A DNA stretch of 64,000 nt from Cyanobacteria bacterium P01_D01_bin.156. GTDB lineage: Bacteria > Cyanobacteriota > Cyanobacteriia > Phormidesmidales > Phormidesmidaceae. Every line of letters starts with the position of its first letter. The first letter of the stretch is position 1. The DNA is taken from assembly GCA_039024555.1 (NCBI GenBank), contig JBCCQQ010000019.1:33967-97966 (forward strand), written 5' to 3'. A model generated the notes under the pieces. The model did not search any database and was not told where the DNA came from. It was given only the letters and a program-made list of their open reading frames with translations. A program made the translations under genes and the position numbers. Positions 61,221-64,000 of this stretch are shown here, piece by piece.

Positions 61221-62702
61221 ATGGGAATGAAGTTTGTAGCATCAGACAAATCTTGTTTAACGTGGTCAGGGGACTGCCTGGTAATAGGGTTATCGGAAGA
61301 ATCATTACCCTTGACGGGGCTGCTATCCGAGCTAAATGAGAGTGTATCCGGACTACTGCAAGAATTGATCGACGAAACAGACTTTAAGGCAAAAGCTGGT
61401 AGCTCTGCTGTGATCCGCGTCGGTGGGCAAGTACGCAAGCTGGCCATCGTCGGTCTGGGAGCATCCGATTCGTTAAAGCTAGAGAGCCTGCGGCGGGCAG
61501 CCGCTATTGCCGCTAAACTCGCTAAACGTGAAAAGTGTGCTTCCTTAGGGGTGAGTTTTCCCATATGGAATAACAGTCCGGAGCGGACTACTCAGACTAT
61601 TGCAGAGGGCATCACCCTAGCCATGCATGAAGACAAACGTTTCAAATCTGAATCGGACCCAGCCAAAGTTGGTCTGACCGATGTAGCCCTGCTCGATTTA
61701 TCTGGCAACGAAGCCGCTTTAGAACAAGCCACCAGCGTCTGCGATGGGGTTATTTTGGCTCGCGAACTAGTGGCCGCCCCCCCAAATATTGTCACCCCCA
61801 TGGCCCTGGCCGACACGGCCCAGGCCATGGCTGATGAATATGGTCTGACACTTAAAATTCTAGAAAAGGCCGACTGCGAAGAGCTCGGCATGGGTGCTTA
61901 TTTAGGGGTCGCCATGGCCTCTGAAATGCCGCCCAAGTTTATCCATCTAATCTATAGCCCAGAGGGCACACCCACCCGCAAGGTAGCGCTGGTAGGCAAG
62001 GGACTCACCTTTGACTCTGGCGGTCTAAATATCAAGGCGGGTGCTGGTAGCATGATCGAGCTAATGAAGATGGATATGGGTGGCGCCGCCGCTGTGCTAG
62101 GAGCCGCTAAAGCCATTGCTCAGATCAAGCCCACCGTAGAAGTTCACTTTATTAGTGCCGCTACCGAAAATATGATTAGTGGCCATGCCTTACATCCGGG
62201 AGATATTTTGACGGCCTCGAATGGTAAAACCATTGAAGTCAACAATACGGATGCCGAAGGGCGCTTAACCCTAGCCGATGCATTGGTCTATGCCGATAAG
62301 TTAGGGGTGGATGCCATGATCGATTTAGCCACACTCACTGGAGCGTGTATCGTTGCCCTAGGGAATGATGTGGCCGGTCTATTTAGCCCAGACGATGGAC
62401 TAGCAGGGGCTTTAAGCAAAGCGGCCGAGTCAGCGGGTGAAAAGCTCTGGCGCATGCCCATGGAAGAGAAATACTTTGATGGCTTAAAGTCTATTGTGGC
62501 TGATATGAAAAACACTGGCCCTCGCCCCGGTGGCTCCATTACAGCCGCCCTATTTCTCAAGCAATTTGTGAAAGATACCACCTGGGCTCATTTAGATATT
62601 GCCGGTCCTGTTTGGAATGAGAAGGACAATGCCTACAACAATCCTGGAGCTACGGGTTACGGTGTACGCACCTTAGTTCAGTGGATTTTAGAAAACGCTT
62701 AA
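61221..62702 (+). CDS. pepA: Leucyl aminopeptidase (M17)
   Basis: [31 protein letters not shown] and HLDIAG. Confidence 0.96.
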   Translation: MGMKFVASDKSCLTWSGDCLVIGLSEESLPLTGLLSELNESVSGLLQELIDETDFKAKAGSSAVIRVGGQVRKLAIVGLGASDSLKLESLRRAAAIAAKLAKREKCASLGVSFPIWNNSPERTTQTIAEGITLAMHEDKRFKSESDPAKVGLTDVALLDLSGNEAALEQATSVCDGVILARELVAAPPNIVTPMALADTAQAMADEYGLTLKILEKADCEELGMGAYLGVAMASEMPPKFIHLIYSPEGTPTRKVALVGKGLTFDSGGLNIKAGAGSMIELMKMDMGGAAAVLGAAKAIAQIKPTVEVHFISAATENMISGHALHPGDILTASNGKTIEVNNTDAEGRLTLADALVYADKLGVDAMIDLATLTGACIVALGNDVAGLFSPDDGLAGALSKAAESAGEKLWRMPMEEKYFDGLKSIVADMKNTGPRPGGSITAALFLKQFVKDTTWAHLDIAGPVWNEKDNAYNNPGATGYGVRTLVQWILENA

Positions 62703-62719
62703 CTGATTGCCAATATACA

Positions 62720-62768
62720 AAAACACCAAGTGAGAAGCTTGAGAGCAACTTGCTTGGTGTTTTGTTTG
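62720..62768. terminator. Probable bidirectional terminator
   Basis: aaaacaccaag...cttggtgtttt between convergent genes. Confidence 0.7.
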
Positions 62769-62793
62769 TAGTATCAGAAGAGAGTTGGCGCTG

Positions 62794-63048
62794 TTAACGT
62801 GTACGAACGCTAACCGAGTGGCTATGCTCTAGTGCTTTTGCGAACTGATGCCGCTGAGTCACCTGACTTAGCGGGGTTGCGATCGCAGAACTGCAACTCA
62901 CTTGCTCATTACAAACCATTTCTTGACGGCAGCTGGGGCAATACCAAAACACACGACTTTGACGAATGTGGCGTAGAAGTGTGTCCTCACAGAGACTGCA
63001 TAGCACCTCGTCATGATTTGATAAGGAAGTATTAAAAGGGTTTTTCAT
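62794..63048 (-). CDS. Small Zn-ribbon hypothetical protein
   Basis: CSLC...LLRHIR...WYCPSCRQEM. Confidence 0.72.
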   Translation of the reverse strand: MKNPFNTSLSNHDEVLCSLCEDTLLRHIRQSRVFWYCPSCRQEMVCNEQVSCSSAIATPLSQVTQRHQFAKALEHSHSVSVRTR

Positions 63049-63294
63049 AGGTCGTCACATCGTTTTGATGCGTCACTGACTATCTCTACGATGCCCACAA
63101 CCTTAAAAAATGACTGTAACTTTGCAGATATTCGCACAAAATTTAAAGAATATGCTTTTCGTTACATTGAAACTGTACTAACCGACAGAGCATATTTCTC
63201 ATTAATTCTCAGATAGTTTTCAGCTGACGCATACCAAGCTCAGCCAAGGTGAAGCTACACAACGCTACTGTAAAACCCATATAAATTTAGGCAA

Positions 63295-63936
63295 ATGAAG
63301 CGCGTTGTAAAAATAGCTATTGGTGCCTTAGTCACAACGACAGCGCTTGGAGCCGCAGCCCTAGTACAAGCAGGTAGGTGGGCTAACCTCAAGCTGCAAG
63401 GCTACGCTTTGACCCAGGTATTTTATGAGCAGAGCCGTGAGCTAGGTGATCTAGAAAAGCAATCGATTAATCCTGAAGAATACACTCGGATTGAGCTGGA
63501 ACAATTGCTCAACGGTGGCCCTCCTAAAGATGGAATTCCCAGTATTGACGAGCCAGAATTTGACACAGCCACTACTACACCTTTTGCACCAGACGATATT
63601 GTTGTAGGCATGGTAGTCAATGGTGAAGCTAAAGCCTATCCTTACAACATTTTAAACTGGCATGAGATCGTCAATGACGAAATTGGTGGCATCAATGTGT
63701 CGGTAACGTACTGCCCTATTTGTGACACGATTGTTGCATTCGATCGAGGAGAAACTACATTTGGCGTATCTGGCAAGCTCTACCAAAGTTGTTTGGTGAT
63801 GTACGACCGCACTGATGATACGGTCTATGCACAGCCTTGGGGCACTGGGATAGTCGGTCCTAAGGAAGAAGGATTTTATAGTATCCATATTTCTATGGTT
63901 AGAGTAACCTGGGAAATAGGTAATTTGAGAGAATAA
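63295..63936 (+). pseudogene. DUF3179 family protein, probably truncated by an insertion after about 63861
   Basis: GGPPKDGIPSID.P.F, AYP..IL.WHEIVND, YCP.C, FGVSGKL and LVMYDR are intact; after GIVGP the frame enters AT-rich sequence and stops early. Confidence 0.7.
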
Positions 63937-64000
63937 GTGCTCGTGTCCTATCCTGCTGAAATCGAAGTCCAGATGCAGCGTTATTACCAGTCGCTGTCTG
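63862..64000 (+). mobile_element. Left end of a probable ISAzo13-like insertion sequence with transposase start (partial)
   Basis: GTG at 63937/63943 opens VSYPAEIEVQMQRYYQSLS, running off the edge. From memory this matches ISAzo13-like transposase N-termini (...YQSLSEKDRRRYAA). Boundary approximate. Confidence 0.55.

Noticed and set aside
2848..62886. About 30 GCGATCGC octamers
   Set aside because: HIP1 is an ordinary genome-wide cyanobacterial signature.
227..63888. Many short ORF-track entries antisense or out of frame to real genes (e.g. 227-532, 25768-26187, 33801-34301, 36723-37193, 55752-56177, 59014-59433)
   Set aside because: Shadow ORFs inside confidently assigned genes, with no recognisable motifs.
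1..64000. CRISPR array, rRNA, tRNA, DGR/retron, prophage
   Set aside because: No regularly spaced repeat-spacer array, rRNA or tRNA signature, reverse transcriptase, integrase or phage gene was seen by eye.

Overview
Gene-dense chromosomal window from a cyanobacterium, probably a filamentous Leptolyngbyaceae-type strain (inferred from about 30 HIP1 GCGATCGC octamers counted by eye, phycobiliprotein lyases, btpA, sasA, ndhD1, an hli gene and a cyanobacterial tmRNA tag). Most of it is housekeeping: crhR (runs off the left edge), rimO, btpA, VKOR-thioredoxin, hisB, aroB, sasA, pspA/vipp1-like, pepN, ndhD1, ftsW, ccdA, ccs1, menB, hemJ, ggt, hetF-like, cpcS/cpcT lyases, rsmG, tatC, rodZ, slt and pepA. 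There are two accessory patches, at about 18-25 kb (including a PD-(D/E)xK nuclease-like gene followed by a coupled P-loop ATPase + TPR pair) and about 36-39.6 kb. Features missing from the ORF track are tmRNA (ssrA), a 47-aa hli gene with HLR1-like repeats, a 51-aa small ORF, the partial crhR, and the start of a probable ISAzo13-like element that truncates a DUF3179 gene at the right edge. I found no CRISPR array, rRNA, tRNA, reverse transcriptase or integrase, and I cannot demonstrate a new biological system. The best leads are structured leaders upstream of rimO-crhR and ndhD1, the nuclease/ATPase/TPR cassette, a HiPIP-like small Cys protein and a repeat-containing small protein. All family assignments come from motif recognition, not database searches.
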